Origin: Octopus vulgaris | Taxonomy: Eukaryota | Length of the DNA stretch: 64,000 nt | Assembly: GCA_951406725.2 (NCBI GenBank) | Contig: OX597837.1 | Span: forward strand, 22,320,001 to 22,384,000 | Direction: 5' to 3' | Shown: positions 37,125 to 52,600 of the stretch, in pieces | Layout of the letters: every line of letters starts with the position of its first letter | Numbering within the stretch: position 1 is the stretch's first letter | The notes under the pieces: generated by a model | Seen by the model: the letters and a program-made list of their open reading frames with translations, nothing else | Told to the model about the DNA's origin: nothing | Databases searched by the model: none | Translations under genes and position numbers: made by a program

Positions 37125-39096
37125 GTTTCTCTATGTACCAAAAAACAAAAAAGCAAAACAAAAAAAAACAACCATTCGCTGTCATACAATCCCATCTAAA
37201 ATACTACCATTGTAAGGTATACAAAATATTTTATCAAGGCTTTTAACTGACATAGACCACAAGTAATCTACCAACAAAACAGCAATTGTTATTATTCAAA
37301 CAGACCAAGGTTGGCCTGATAAAATTCAAGAAGTCATTGAAAAGAAAATTTTTACAAGTGGGTTCTCCTAAAGAATTTTTCAGATCTCACTTATTTTTAG
37401 AATCTAGAAGTCATATAAGTCAGTTTGCTATTTAGAGCACCACAGATTCTATGATGGTTCTACGATATAAAACTGCCTTGTTTAAAAATATTCATCCATA
37501 TTTAAGTTAAAACTTTTCATCCTGGTTTTATATAAGGAACTTTCATTAAGATACATTTCAAACAGAAGCTTAGTAATGAAAGAGTTAATTTACTAAATCC
37601 CTCCAAATTTTTTATTCTTTCCAAATTTAAATGAAGCACATAAATAGCAACAATATTACTTCTGGTTAACAAAATGGTTAATTAAAACCTTGCAGATAGG
37701 GATGTAACAACATCTTCTTTCATATCTAGAATATAATTGAAGGTGAATAAAAAAGTAAAACCAAACCCAAGAAAACTGAGATGGTCAGCATTGAGAAAAA
37801 AATATTTTCTTCCAAGAATAACTACACTCAAAACATCAGAACTCACCTCACCTTACGGCTCACAGACTTACCTTATTTCACAATTTTAAAACTGAAGAGA
37901 AACTGGTGAATTATACTAAACTGAAGTAAAATTTCTCATTATTCCTTACACTGACTCAGGAACAGGGGTCGCAAAGGGTGCAAGTGTACCACCTAAAAGT
38001 TTTGGGGAGCAGTGAAAATGCTTTGAACAGCCTCCTGAAAAGCTGGGTTTACACCCTACTCAGTAAATTTTGCTTAGGCACTTATGACTCCTTACACTGC
38101 TTACTATGAAACCATTTATTATCATTCATTCAAAGTCATTTCCAGTAAGTAATCAGCAAAGTGGACCATGGTTATACAACATGATCTAGCGAGGTAAAAT
38201 ATTTACAGAATTTGGATTAGATTTCCTCTGTGAATCTAGACATGATCAAATCGGATGAGAATGATGTTGCATAACAGTCCTGCCCCAACCCATGCAGGCA
38301 TGGAAATAAAGAGGTTGAGACATAATGATGATGACATACAACAGCGACAGAGGCAGTATTAAAACTGGGAGGTAATATTTATCCTCACTTAAACACTGAT
38401 GTTCTATTACAACAAACTATACTCCAGTAGTTACCATGAGAGAAACCCTCATATTGGCTTTTACAGTGTAAAATGCACTCTTGTTTATATCATTAGCAGG
38501 GAGATAAATCCCCACTACCTCCAGCACTGAAACCACCAGATCAGGTGATTTCGACCTTGTTTGACCTTGTCAGTGATAGACACTCAACTGCTAGAGGCAG
38601 CAGTGATTCATCACCCCACCAACTTTATATAGATTAGCAGTACCTGAACAGGCACTGATGTTGCAAATTAACCTGTTAGCAAAATACATATATTCCAGCT
38701 GCCTTGAAATAGGTTCCATCAAATAACATATATTCAGAGACAACATCTATACAAGCGTGTGTGTGTGTGTGGGTGTGTGGCCCAGTGGCAAGATTATGGT
38801 TTTGATTCCCATACCAGCTGTGCATCGTGTTCTTGAGCAAAACACTTCATTTCACGTCACCTCAGTTCACTCAGCTGTAAAAAGGTAACCCTACAATGCA
38901 CTGGTGTTCCATTCAAGGGGCTTGTTGGGTGGGCCTCATTAGAAAGCTAAAACAACATAAAGCACATTGGGAGCAGCAGTATACAACAACATCTGATAAT
39001 CTTGTCCATACCATGATATACACGCATATATATATATATCACTCATGCCAGCATGGAAGGCAGACATTAAACAATGATGATGATTATGTGTATGTA

Positions 39097-39154
<58 letters not shown>

Positions 39155-40369
39155 TGTATATATACACACACACACATATATATATGTTACATGTAATACT
39201 TTTAATCAATAATCTTTGACTGCAATCTGCAATGTTACATCGGAGTCACCTTGGTGCAACAGATTCAATACGTGCACACACACACAAAACCTGAGGTGGT
39301 TTACATGTGTATAAATTAAGGTACTCAATATACATTTTGTGGTGAAGTGTGCATAATTCATATCAGCAACACAGCAAAATCTGTAAGCTTAATAACATGA
39401 GAGGGTAAGAAAGAAAGATAAGAGAGTGAAATTACAGAGATGAGAGAGAGAGATGAGAAAGTCATGAGAGAGAGGAAGAGAGAGAGCATGAGAGGACAAC
39501 AGAGTGTGTTAGCTGACCTGGCCATTGAGTACAGCATTGTCCTTTAATGTAGTAGTTCTGCCCTTTTTATCTCTTCTATTCATGGTTTCATCCTATGGAA
39601 TACAAGGTTGAAATAGTCACCCACTGCACAGGAAAATACCCCGTCACAGAAGAATACACATACATACAAACACACACACACATATATGTGTGCGCGTGTG
39701 AATACTACAATGAGTAATGCAATGAATCAAAATCAATCAACTACTAAATATCCTATACAGCCGAGCACGCACACACACACACAAAACAGGAGAGATATAA
39801 TACGTATATAAATACATACATAATATAACATATGTATTTAAGTATGTATACATACATACACACACATATTCATATTGTTAGGTAGATATCCACATGAACA
39901 CATTGGTGTCACTATCCACCTTACTACATGTCCTCAATAGAAATTCCACTTCCTTTTTAACATCTTATACATGAGCAGCGTTTGTAATTTTCAGGCAGTT
40001 TTCAGTCCTCATACATATATGCTACATGTTTTTTCCTTTGCTTTTTGGTTGGGCTTCAGCTTGATTAGAACACAAAACCCTTTAATATGTATATGTGGTG
40101 AGCTTTATCTAATATGGTTGATAATTAAATGGACATCCAAGACCCATATCAGAAAAGATGGCCAATGACTTATTGCCAATGATTCTCTTCTGCAACTAAG
40201 TTGCAGGCTTGACATTTGCTCTCTGTCTTTTGTGTCACAATTACATTGCCCCCAGCTTCTCTGGATCGTGCCATAGCCAATCTCCACAAGATCCACTTGC
40301 CTCTTTTTTTCCCAGCATTCTACCAGTCATATCTTTCAGACCCCCATACTAAACTCCTATTTCTGTATA

Positions 40370-40740
40370 TTGCAATCTATGACTGAAAGACTACAAATAC
40401 AAGTGGCCAAAATAGAGTTCCTCCAGAGGATCTCTGGAGTAATGCTACTTGAGGGATCGCATAACTCAGAGGTTGCTCCAAGTCGAGTCACTACTTCTCC
40501 ATGAATTGTGGATATGTGGTTAGAATATTGGAGAAAAGAATCACAAGATGGGTTCTTCAAGCCGAGTCAACCTGAGAACAAGACTGAGTTAGATAATCTC
40601 CCTGGTCTCAGGTGGTCACACCTGGGAACACAGTCAAAAAGTTTAATGATGATTGCTTTTGACAGAAACTTAAAGAAAAGGTGCCTGAGGATACTTTCCA
40701 TGAACAGTGGATGGAGAAGATAGATAGATGGAAGATTAAT
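40370..40740 (+). mobile_element. Decayed RTE-type LINE 3' region
   Basis: MTERLQIQVAKIEFLQRISGVMLL resembles RTE ORF C-terminal motifs. Ends in a gatg/gata tail. Confidence 0.5.
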
Positions 40741-41349
40741 AGCATTCTTGGTTACAAGTTTCCAAAAGCCCTCTTGATGGTTCACAATATTTCTGCCAGT
40801 CAGAGTAACAAGAGAGTATCACAGAATTCTTGGTTTCTCACTATGCTTATATCCTTTGAAATACATGGTAGAATTCCATTCAGCATCCATCTATCAAATT
40901 CCTATTAAGGTTTTGGTCAACTCAAGGCTTTTGTAAAAGATACTTGCTGAAGGTATTGAACTAGGAACCATGTGGGTTGCAAAGGGAACTTCTTAAGCAC
41001 ACAGTCATTCCTTCCAAAGCATGAACCACTAGCTCTCTGAAGTCCCAGGTTCAAGATGAACAGAAAAGTGTTCCCATAATGATCCTGTGCTTCAAACCCT
41101 AAAGTTTTGGGCTGACTTATACAACAGAAACAAATCGAATTTGCTGTTGATTGAGATAATAGATAATGAGTGATTGCTGTGTGTTGAGATGAGAGCATGA
41201 GATGTTATACAGAGAAGTTAATGTAAAGCAGAAGAGTAGTGAGGACAAGTAGTATGGTGGGCATAAAATAGAACATCAATACTGTGCATTATGTATATAC
41301 ATACACACACATATATGCATATGCATCTATATATTTGTATGTGTGAGTA

Positions 41350-41393
<44 letters not shown>

Positions 41394-41514
41394 TAGATAG
41401 ATAGATAGATATATATATACACACATATATATATATATATATATACATATTTCATAGATGAGAATCAAATATTCTGATATAGAATACACTTAGTAGTTTA
41501 AACTTGAGTGGGTA

Positions 41515-41960
41515 TATAAGTAAATGTAGGGATAAGCAAGTTAGGCAGGTCGATGTACAAAGTGTATAAAATATATGAAATACAAAAAGTGTATATGTGT
41601 TTACATACAAAAAGGTCCGACTTACACAGAATAGAAATGATATCAGGAATTAAAGGGATAGAAGAAAAGAATTACAAATCCAACAGCTTTGAACTGTCAT
41701 CTTTGAATTCTATCTTTCTGTCAACGCCTCAAATGTAAGATCTCTTTCCTGAAGACAGAGGTTCGTCTCATCTGATGATGGAATCAATCTACAAACATTA
41801 TTTTGAACCACCAAGCCCCCAGAAACAGTTTTTCTTCAACCCCTTTAATTCTTGATATCATTTTTATTCTGTGTAAATCAGACCTTTTTGTATGTAAACA
41901 TACATACATTTTTTTGTATAGTGACCTGCCTAACATACTTATCCTTATATTTATTTATAT
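41515..41960. mobile_element. PLE-like inverted repeat element with hammerhead core
   Basis: Arms ~41520-41668 and ~41829-41955 are reverse complements. CTGATGA-TGG...CCA-GAAA at 41772-41825. Confidence 0.65.
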
Positions 41961-42639
41961 GTATGTATGAAAAAGAGAGAGCGAGAGAGACAGAGAGAGA
42001 GATGATGATGTTGATGATGGATTCTCTACAAATTTAGTGAAAAAAAAATCTTCTTCAAGTTGTTTAGTCCACAAAATTAAGCACTCAGTGAATTCTAGAC
42101 ACTTGTGCCCTGAACATGGTCCATGGAACGAATCATCAGCATGACACGGTGTGATGAAGCCAGGCTCTCGTATAACGTCTCCAATACACCAGGCAGGCTT
42201 CAGCACATTTTCCAGCTACTCAATTACAAATTACAGGCTTAATCCAAATCATAAAAATGGCAAAAGATAAACACGTACGTAGGACTCAGCTCAGACTTTG
42301 TGACTGTGAAGCAAACTTTATAATGCCACCCCCGGCCATGAATCCACAAAAAACATCATCATTGTCATCATACAAACACATACACAGATATATACCAAAT
42401 ACATGTTATATACACACAAAAATGCTCAATACCAATTTTACATTACACACACACACACTCTCACATACATAATACATATCACATACATAATAATATCTTA
42501 AGTAATAGACTTAAATTTTATAGTGTAGTAATTAATATTGGTTTCATACATTATTGAAAATGAAATATGAAATTAACATGAATATTGTAAAAATGTTGAA
42601 AACACAGAAGGTATTTTCACTTACAAAACAAGTCCATTT

Positions 42640-42748
42640 TAAATTACATATTCACACACACATTATATATATATATATATATAAATGTGTATTTATATAT
42701 ATATATATATATATGTGTATATATATACATATATATATATACATACAC

Positions 42749-42787
<39 letters not shown>

Positions 42788-42877
42788 CATACATAATATA
42801 TATATATATACATACATATATATATATATATACATACATACATACATATATATATACATACATACATACATATATAC

Positions 42878-42910
<33 letters not shown>

Positions 42911-42960
42911 CATACATATATAAAAATTTATATATATATATATATATTCACAAATACACA
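42640..42960. repeat. Compound (TA)/(TACA) microsatellite (others: 46975-47230, 51850-52340, 54530-54870, 56325-56680, 61035-61570)
   Basis: Directly visible. Confidence 0.95.
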
Positions 42961-43183
42961 CACATCTATCTCTATATTAATGTACATTTAGATATGTTAA
43001 TTACAAAATACAAAATACATATGAAACAGCCCTCAAAAGCACAGTTAGAAGACCAAACTCATTAAAAAATATGCATATATTATGAATTATTATTAAAGTC
43101 ATTACATTGTCATAGCTACAAAACTAATAACATGACATTAAAAGTCATACATACACACATATATATATATGCACACACACACG

Positions 43184-43350
43184 CAGGGTATCCATAAATT
43201 ACATTTACAATTCAGAAAATTCAGAAAAACATTAGCTGTACTGTAGATGCATCACTTGCGACCATTGGGTATTTTTCCAACAAAATGGTGCAGGGTTGAG
43301 TTTCTTAATGAACTTTCCGAAACCAGTGGATTGGAAGAGATGGTCCAGCT
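43184..43350 (+). mobile_element. Tc1/mariner-superfamily remnant
   Basis: CAGGGT..CCATAAA TIR-like start. Degenerate F.QQ(N/D)GA...EFLNE...QWIGRDGP motif. Confidence 0.55.
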
Positions 43351-43389
43351 TAAGGCAATTTACACACACCGTGTGTGTGTATGTATATA

Positions 43390-43433
<44 letters not shown>

Positions 43434-43946
43434 GACATATATACACACATATACACATACACACACACACACAAATGTACAGACACACATGCACATCCTT
43501 AGAATGTACGTATACTTATGAACTTCCTCAACGTGGGAATGGATTTGGATTGTATCATTACCATTAATATTGCACGTATGATTAAGTAGACTGTTTAGGT
43601 CTTTACTACATGTAGGGACCAAATGGAACAGGTGTGATAATCAGAAGGCATTAAGTGAATGTACTGAGAATCACAGTTAGTGTTTCAATGCACATCACAT
43701 TGTGCTGTCAATATAACAATATTATTTCACTCACTGAAATCATACTGTTACACCTCAATAGTGAATGGAGTTAGCTGTGAATGGTGTTTGTGATTGCTCA
43801 GTGGCTAGAGATTCACATTCATTCAAATACATATATGCAACCCATATGTATACATGCCACACACACGCACATACACACACATAAGCATAAGCATATATGC
43901 ATTTGTTGAAACACACACATATTCAGACACACATGCAGGCATGCAT

Positions 43947-43981
<35 letters not shown>

Positions 43982-44540
43982 TGTTCACACATACACACAT
44001 GCAGTCATGCATATAAGCATACTAGTTACACACACAACAGTTCTGGGTGTTGTCAGTGAAAGAATCTACACTCCAATACAGAAATACTAAACCTAAAAAT
44101 TCACTTAAGACACATGATACATATAGAGTTGATGGAAGTAGACCATTCTAACACGTCTGATCCCTGCTACTACCTGCCCAACGATCCATACAGAGGCACT
44201 AGCAAAACGCAGTCATCACTACAGCATGCCCAAACACACCAACAACACACTCTCCACTGTATCTTATCAAAACAATCTACACACTTAAGATATTCCCAAT
44301 GGAGATACTGAAAAATGATATGACCACCTCCTAGAGGATGCAGTAAAGAGAGTAGATTGTAAGGAATTTATTGATAGATCCTTAGATCAACTGATAATAA
44401 TGAATGAAGGAAATACTAGTAAAAGCAAACGCGTATTGAAAGAGCAAAACAAGAATATTTGGTCTGTCATTTTTGCAATCTAGACACAACAGGTACTTAC
44501 CACAATGTGTTAAGATCATCCAGTAATTACAATTATATAT

Positions 44541-44857
44541 GTTTGTGCCGGTGGCATGTAAAAAGCTCCATCCGATCGTGGCCGTTTGCCAGCACCACCC
44601 CGACTGGCCTTGTGCCGGTGACACGTAAAAAGCACCATCCGATCATGGCTGTTTGCCAGCCTCGTCTGGCACGTAAAAAGCACCCACTACACTCATGGAG
44701 TGGTTGGCGTTAGGAAGGGCATCCAGCCGTAGAAACATTGCCAGATCAGACTGGGCCTGGTGCAGCCTTCTGGCTTCCCAGACCCCAGTTGAACCGTCCA
44801 ACGCATGCCAGCATGGAAAGTGGACGCTAAACGATGATGATGATGATGATGATGATG
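44541..44857 (+). mobile_element. (GAT)n-tailed SINE (RTE-like 3' end); further copies 12560-12790, 26790-26940, 28080-28330, 35747-35995 (-), 55321-55498, 61575-61760 (-)
   Basis: Conserved gtaaaaagcacccactacactc..gagtggttggcgttaggaagggcatccagccgtagaaac...catgccagcatggaa..gacgctaaacgatgatg. Confidence 0.85.
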
Positions 44858-45898
44858 TAGTGTAAGGCAGGATGTTTATACTGCCTCTGTGAGTCACGAG
44901 GTTTTGTGACTGTGGAACAACACTGAATGTCACTTTGCTTTTGGCTGTTGACCTCATCAACACCATCAACAGTAAATTTTTTTTTTTTCATTAGTTCTAA
45001 ATTGGAACTTAGTACGGATCCAAGTACAAGACTACTTCCTTTGGTTAATGTGAAAACAGCAAATCTAAACACTTTCAACATTTATAGAAAGTGCTGACAT
45101 GCATCCTCAGTGAGATTACTACTGCGAAAAGATCTATGAAACCTCGATCCTAGCTTCAGCCACCACTACCTTTTGTAAGACTCAACTGAAGACCAACTGG
45201 TGTTGTGACATGGCTGAAGTCTATTCAACTGCAAAATGGACCCTAAAGCCAAACAGCATTTTTGGGGTGTGGTGGTGGTATATGTCCAATACCATATAAT
45301 GAGTAAAAGACCATGTAATATACCAGCATGCAAGTAAAATCACACTCCCACATGGAAAATCTGTACTGCTCACATGGAGTGTAACATAACTAATAGATTA
45401 CAGAGGCTTCCAGCAAGGAATATAGCCACTGAGAAGTTGAGCTGTGACATTGCTATCTAAATTATTCTCCCACAACTATATCACCTAGAGATTAGGCTAA
45501 TTACCTCCATAGAATTCTATATATGTATAACACGAAGTACAACTGTTAATCTGGACAAGAACACTATCATTCTACAAGCTCACTGACAAATCTAAGACTC
45601 CTGGAAGATGTTAAAAATAGTGTGAATAAAGGCACATACACACACCACACATACAATACATAACTTAGAAATCATTGTTTTATTTATATATATATATATA
45701 TATGGCAATTTTTTTTCCTCTGTCTTCCCTTCACTGGATCTTTCCTTCTCCTATGTTTCCGACGAAGAGCTCTGTGTTAAACCCTCCTTCTTTCATGAGC
45801 GTCCAATAATACTATATTTGTTCCACGCCCTCGCGTTGTTGTGTTTTTTTGTGCTTTCATGTTTGGATTAGCTTTATATGTGTGTGTGTGTGTGTGTA

Positions 45899-46153
45899 TT
45901 ATTTAAAGGTAGAAGTCCCCATGCAATTCATCAAATCCTAATATACATCACACCATATCATAGAATTTTATTTCAATATTTACTAATCAGTTCTAAATTT
46001 CTCTTCTACACATGTTTCATGAGGTGCGTTTAACGTTCCCTAGACACACAGTCTTTTACAGAAACATGTCTTAACTGCATCCCCAATTCTATGACATGGT
46101 GTGATGTATATTAGGATTTGATGAATTGCATGGGGACGTCTACCTCTAAATAA
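45899..46153. repeat. PLE-like foldback (~68-bp arms)
   Basis: 45899-45967 is the reverse complement of 46085-46153. Inner ACATGTTTC...GAAACATGT pair. Confidence 0.85.
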
Positions 46154-46611
46154 CATATATTTCTTTATCGAGAATAATTTATTTTATTTGAATCCCTGTG
46201 ATGCTGGAATTTTTATTCCCTAATAAATAAAATATATATATTTATATTTATATAAAATAGTGATTTCTAAATTATGCATTGTATACAGAATTTTTGATGA
46301 AATAACTCATGAATGTCAATCTTCAAAACCAGGAACACACAACAAACAGTGTCTGCAGTTACTAAATTAGAACAGAGCATTAAGATAGCATGAATGTCTG
46401 CCAAAGAATATCTTCCATAGAATGCTGGCACCCACATTTAACAGATTGCTAAATCAGAGGGGTATCAATCAATATTGAAGATATCATGTTGGAAGCTACG
46501 GTCAGAGTAAGCAAGTTTCTTTTAAACAACCACATAGAACAGAAAACAGACATCATGAAATGGAATAACTGGATGACAGAAAGGTACCCTAATTTGAATA
46601 TGCTTATACTT

Positions 46612-46647
<36 letters not shown>

Positions 46648-49600
46648 TATACACAAACCAAGAAGGGAACATACAACATTGAAATTAACCAATTAAACAA
46701 GAAATAGTCAAAGAAGTTTAACATAATGATTCTAGCCATCATTACATACAAAAAAAAAATATATAAATAAATAACAAATCAACTGATTACGGCAAAACTA
46801 CTGACCACCATTTAGACATTACATACATAACACACATTACATAACATACATACATACAGAAAGCAAAATGTTCTACCATTAGGATTAATGTTAATTAAGC
46901 TGGAAGCAAACAAAATGCCTCAAAATACAACAAAAAAATGAAGAAAAAAAAATCAACCATGAAGAGTGTGTGTGTATGTGTATGTGTGTATTTGACATAT
47001 ATATATATATATATATTCATATATATATAAATATATATATTCATATATATATACATATTCATATATATATAAATATATATAATTCATATATATATATACA
47101 TATTCATATATATATAAATATATATATATATATAAATATATATATTCATATATATATACATATTCATATATATATAAATATATATATTCATATATATATA
47201 CATATTCATATATATATACATATATATATATAGTCCAACCCATGCTAGCATGGAAAACGGATGTTAAACGATGATGATGATGATATATATATATTATATA
47301 TACATATACACACATATACATACAATGTATATACTGAGAACTACCATACCATTACATTGTTAAAATCAAGCCACAAAAACATTGGTTTAAAATGGACAAA
47401 CAAAACAAAGGGATAATAGCAACAACATACATAGAGAAAGAGGGAGAGAGAGAGAAAAAGGGAAAGAAAGAGAGAGAGAGTGAGAGAGAAAGAGGAAGAG
47501 AAAGGAAGAAAAAAGCCTAATATTTGTTGTGTAAGATTATCTATTTATTTATTTATTTATTTTGTCATGTGTGGCAGCTTTTTTTTTTTTTTTCCTTTTT
47601 GTAGTTTGGGGGGAAGGGACCGATATAAATTTGTAGAAAAAAAAAAATTTGTTTACCGATCCACAATTATTAATTTGCAATAGGAATGATGTGTTGTGAT
47701 TGGATATGTACTTGGGATCTCTGTGAGGCGGGGGGGATGTGAAGTGACGGAATATTTCTGCCATTATTTAATAATGAGCTTAATAAATAAATATATAAAT
47801 AAATAAATTCTCCTAGCTAATCAGTCCTTCTTTATAAAAGGCGTGCAATTAAGACAGCAGTATAAAACTTGGTAGGGTTTTCTTTCCCCAACCCCAGTTT
47901 TCCTACAATGAATAGTGGGAGAATTCAGAATTGATTGTAACCATTTATTATTATTATCATACTCATTATTATCATTATCATCAAAATTATAATTATCAAT
48001 AGCATTATTAATATTATTTTATTTTGGAAAATTTTGAAAAAAATGTATACCATTTGCTATCTTTTATAATCTTTATTAACCCAGCAATATGTGAGTGTGT
48101 GTATATCTTTTATGTAAATAAGTTTCAAACTTCTAAGAAGTTTGAAATGTATAAGAAATGCATTAAGGTACAAAAGGAATTAACAATATCTTACAATGAT
48201 GCTTCTCTTCTTTGCTTTAGTGATTTATTTATGTTATTGTGATAAATATCAAGTCAGAAAATTCTATTTATCAAAAGAGCATCCAGACATTACAATATTT
48301 TCTAGTTATGAATATGAATTACATTCTTATGCCTAAAAATGCCAACCCAACATTAGTCAGATAATTAACCCTTACTTTTGAAAATAGTAGTATAATGAAC
48401 TAACAAACGCATATCAAAATTATAGATACACACATAGCTATAAATTAAGCAGTGATGGAATCAGATCAAATGAGTATATATATGAGCCAGGTAATTTAGC
48501 TCATTGTTTGAAATTCTGACTGCAATCCATTTTTTACATATATACATATATATATATATATATGACAGAAAGAAAAATCAGTCAAGAGGAATTTATATAT
48601 ACACAGATATAAAAAAGATGTTGACTTTTTCTTAGGATTTAAGCAATATTCCATCTCACCTCCTTAAAAATATTTAGAGACTTTTTACATCTGTATATAA
48701 ATAACATAGAACAGAAAACTCCATAACTGACTAATTTTTCTTACTATCATTATTGATATATTATCCTGCACACTACCAACAACTTTAATAGTATTTTTAC
48801 TAGCATGTAGAAGGAAAATTATTTTTGAACTAAAACTGTCATATGATAAATAATAAGAAAATAGAATAATGAGCATATGAAATGAAAAGCCTTAATAGTT
48901 TCAAATTAATTTTTTTTTTCTATAGAATTATCTGAATCTGATAAAGGCAAATTATAAATCTTGTTTGCCCAAATTAAAACAAGATCACAACATTGACTTA
49001 AGTCAAGCTGAAACTACTAATACTCTTTCATTGGTTTCAACCAGTATGCTCAGACCAGACTGGACTGATTTTGTCCATTTATGATTTTAAAACTGTTTTA
49101 CTAGTAAATACTAAACTGTGAAAAATGAAGTAGATTTAATATGGTTAAGTTATATAACAACTGAAACCAGCTAACTTGTTACCTCCCACACTACTATAAC
49201 CGAGTTACTTTTCTCCAGATGTGCTTAAAGGAAACTTTGCTCATTAATAGTGTATAGTCCTGAACTAAAAGTAAAACATCTTAAGAAAAGGCTCAGTCAC
49301 AGGGATTATGGATAAACATGAGAACCGGTGGCTCTATCAACTAAGATGAAATAAGATAAAAGAGAAGAAAAATTAACCTATAAAAAATTTCCAACTTTAG
49401 AAGGACGTGTTATGTAGCTGAAAATACTAGTTGATGCATCGATGTATGTGTGTTTGTGCGTATGTATGTGTTTTGTATGTGACATGTACTGCAAATATAA
49501 TAATGAATAGCAAAGATATGAATGATTGATGTGAGAGTGAAAATGTTTAGGAAACTAAAAGTGTAGAAGAAAAACAATGGAGTCCAGATTAGAATTTCTA

Positions 49601-52600
49601 AGAGGTGTGCATAGGCTATTTAGAAAAAATATGATCCTCGTTATTGGTTATAAGTTTAAAAAGTGAGAAGTGTAAGAATCAAATGAAAAGAAAACTTTGA
49701 AATATGCCAAGGCCAGGAAAATCTAAAAGATGAATATTTGAAGAAAATACCAGATGGGAGGAATGATTATTACTTTTATGTATGGCCTAAATATTTACGA
49801 TTCTACAGTGTTTGCATGTATGTTGTTGGAAATGGTTAACTTTGACAAAAAGGTATCAGGTATACATAATAACTAAAAAAAAAAAAAAAATGACTGATTA
49901 TTATTACAGAGTTGTATTAACTGACTGTTAACTTTAAAGAATTATATATATAGAATATCTTCAATGCTAAGAAAACCTCCCAGTGGAATCTGATGGAATA
50001 TTTTATATAAAAGAGAAAAGACGGGACAGATAATTAAAGATGAAAAAAAATTTCTTTCGCATTAAATTTGTTTCTCACACCTTAATAAGCTACTTGGGAT
50101 TGCACAAAAAGAAAAGATACAGAAATACCAAAATTGAAGCTATTTTGAAGAAATCAAGAACTGATCTAACAGGAAAACAAAAAGGAAAAATAACCATTTC
50201 TCATGGAACTTATAACATCATAGCAACCTCAAGTCTCTCCCATTTCTACATTGTTTAATTTTTTTCTTTTCCTTTTAAATCCAAAAAAAAAAAAATTGCA
50301 ATTGACTTCGCTAATTTATTTCACTATTTTATGAATGTTATTGTATGTTAAATAATTCAGTTTTATCACAACTAACCATAGACATTTACGTGACATCTAG
50401 ATACCATTTGATGAGCAAACCAACTAAGATAATGTGTAATAAATACTTTAGGTTTCCAAATTGGTCTGGGGGATATTATAGCAAGGGAAGCAATTCTTCA
50501 CTATTTTGTCATTATTTTAAACTTTAAGAAAACAAAGGATTAAAAAGATCAGCAAATGGAATAGAAATATGATGAAAATGGTTTTTACTTTAATTCTAGT
50601 TCATTTAATGGAAATCATCATCACAAGAGCTTCTAATGTAAAATGTAGTTTCTTAGTTGTCCAGTGGAACCACAAAGACAATGATGAGAAACTACAGCTA
50701 GTTTACTCCCAGTTCATGTAGTACTACTATGACTGTCCATGAGGAAAGCAGTTCTGATGAATACTAATGAAAGTATCATTTTTACACATGCAACACAGAA
50801 AAGAGGGAACCAAAATCACAAAACCAAAAACTCAAATGAAGAATGCTGAAAGTGAGAAATCAATTGGTGCAATGAATGAGGTCCTCAGAATTCACCACCT
50901 GGCATGCTGCAATGGCACTGTATCCTTCAGAGATCATAGCCAGTCTTACAAAACATGGCCGTATCTTGCATTTGAGAAGAAAAAGAGAGATTGGAAACAC
51001 TGAATTTAGGGAAAATAAGTTAAAAGCCAATAATACATATATAATTAGAACTATCAAAATAATAATAATAATAATAATAATTTAATCATAATATTAATAA
51101 TATTAATAATAAAAAATATTAATAATAGTAATTATATAGTAAATAAAATATTTTGGATTCCAAAAGGATTCCTATAATCACACTGGTTCACAAATGTTTC
51201 AGATTTCAAAGAATCCATTTCAGCCAAAGAAATTTTGAATTTTGCGATGAAAATATAAGTCAATTGAGGAAGAAGTCACCAAATACTATGTCACATCATT
51301 CCACAAGTGAAAACAGATGGGGTAAAAAAAAAAATGATTTAATTTACAAAAAAATTTGTGAAATTTTAAAACAGATGTACTGAAGCAAACTAAAAAAAAA
51401 AATTGTAAATAAATAAATAATTCTAAATCCATCAGATCCAAAAGAGAAGATAGTTTCAGAAATAATCATAGAATAATAATAATAATCAATCGAATTAATA
51501 AGAATTAATAATTTTTTTTTTTTGTTTTTGTTACTTAGAGCAATTGAGCATTTACGAATTACAAATTTTAAAAGGATAAATGTTTTGCAAGAGTTAGCTA
51601 ATTTCAGTGACTCCTGGGTTTTAAGTAACAAGAATCTTACATATTGGATATTGAACACAAAAAATATATAATGCAAAAAAAAAAAAAACAATAACTATAC
51701 ACAACTGATACCTTCTTGTAATGTTATGTATGGAGGGCTTCTTACCGACACAATAATAATCCAATTGTTCAGGAAAGAAGATTTAAAATCGAATATTTGT
51801 TTGTCCTTTGTCCTTAACACCCATCCACCCAAATTATTTTCATTAAATATTTATATATACATATATATATATACATACATATATATAGATACATAGATAT
51901 ATATATATATATATATATACACATGTATATATACACACATATATACACAAATATATATATACACATATATACGCATATATACATATATATATACACATAT
52001 AGACACATATGCATATTTATAAAATATATATATGAACACACACATATACACACTCATATATATATACACATATACATACATATATACACATATAAATATA
52101 TATATATATATTTACGTACATATATAAATATATATACACATAAACACATATACATACACATAAATATAAACACATATACATACACACACATACATACATA
52201 AATATATATACACACACACATATATATTCGTATATATACATACATATATACATATACATAAATATAAATATACATATATACATGAATATAAATATATATA
52301 TATATATGTATGTATGTGTGTGTATGTGTGCGTGTATGTATCAATAAAATAATGAATTACAAATGAGTACAGTTTCTATATCAATGCAACTTTCTGGTCA
52401 CTGTCTTTGAATAGGAAAAATTACACAGAAGGAAGGGAAGGAAAAAAAAAAAAAAAAAAGTCATCAGCTGAAAAATGCTTAAACAACATTGAAAAAGATA
52501 TTTGCAAAAAATAGCTTTGATAAATGTAGCTTTTTGAATGAACTCTTATTCAAATCATAGAAACATTTGTGAGCATGAAAAATATCTATTAATCGTAAAT

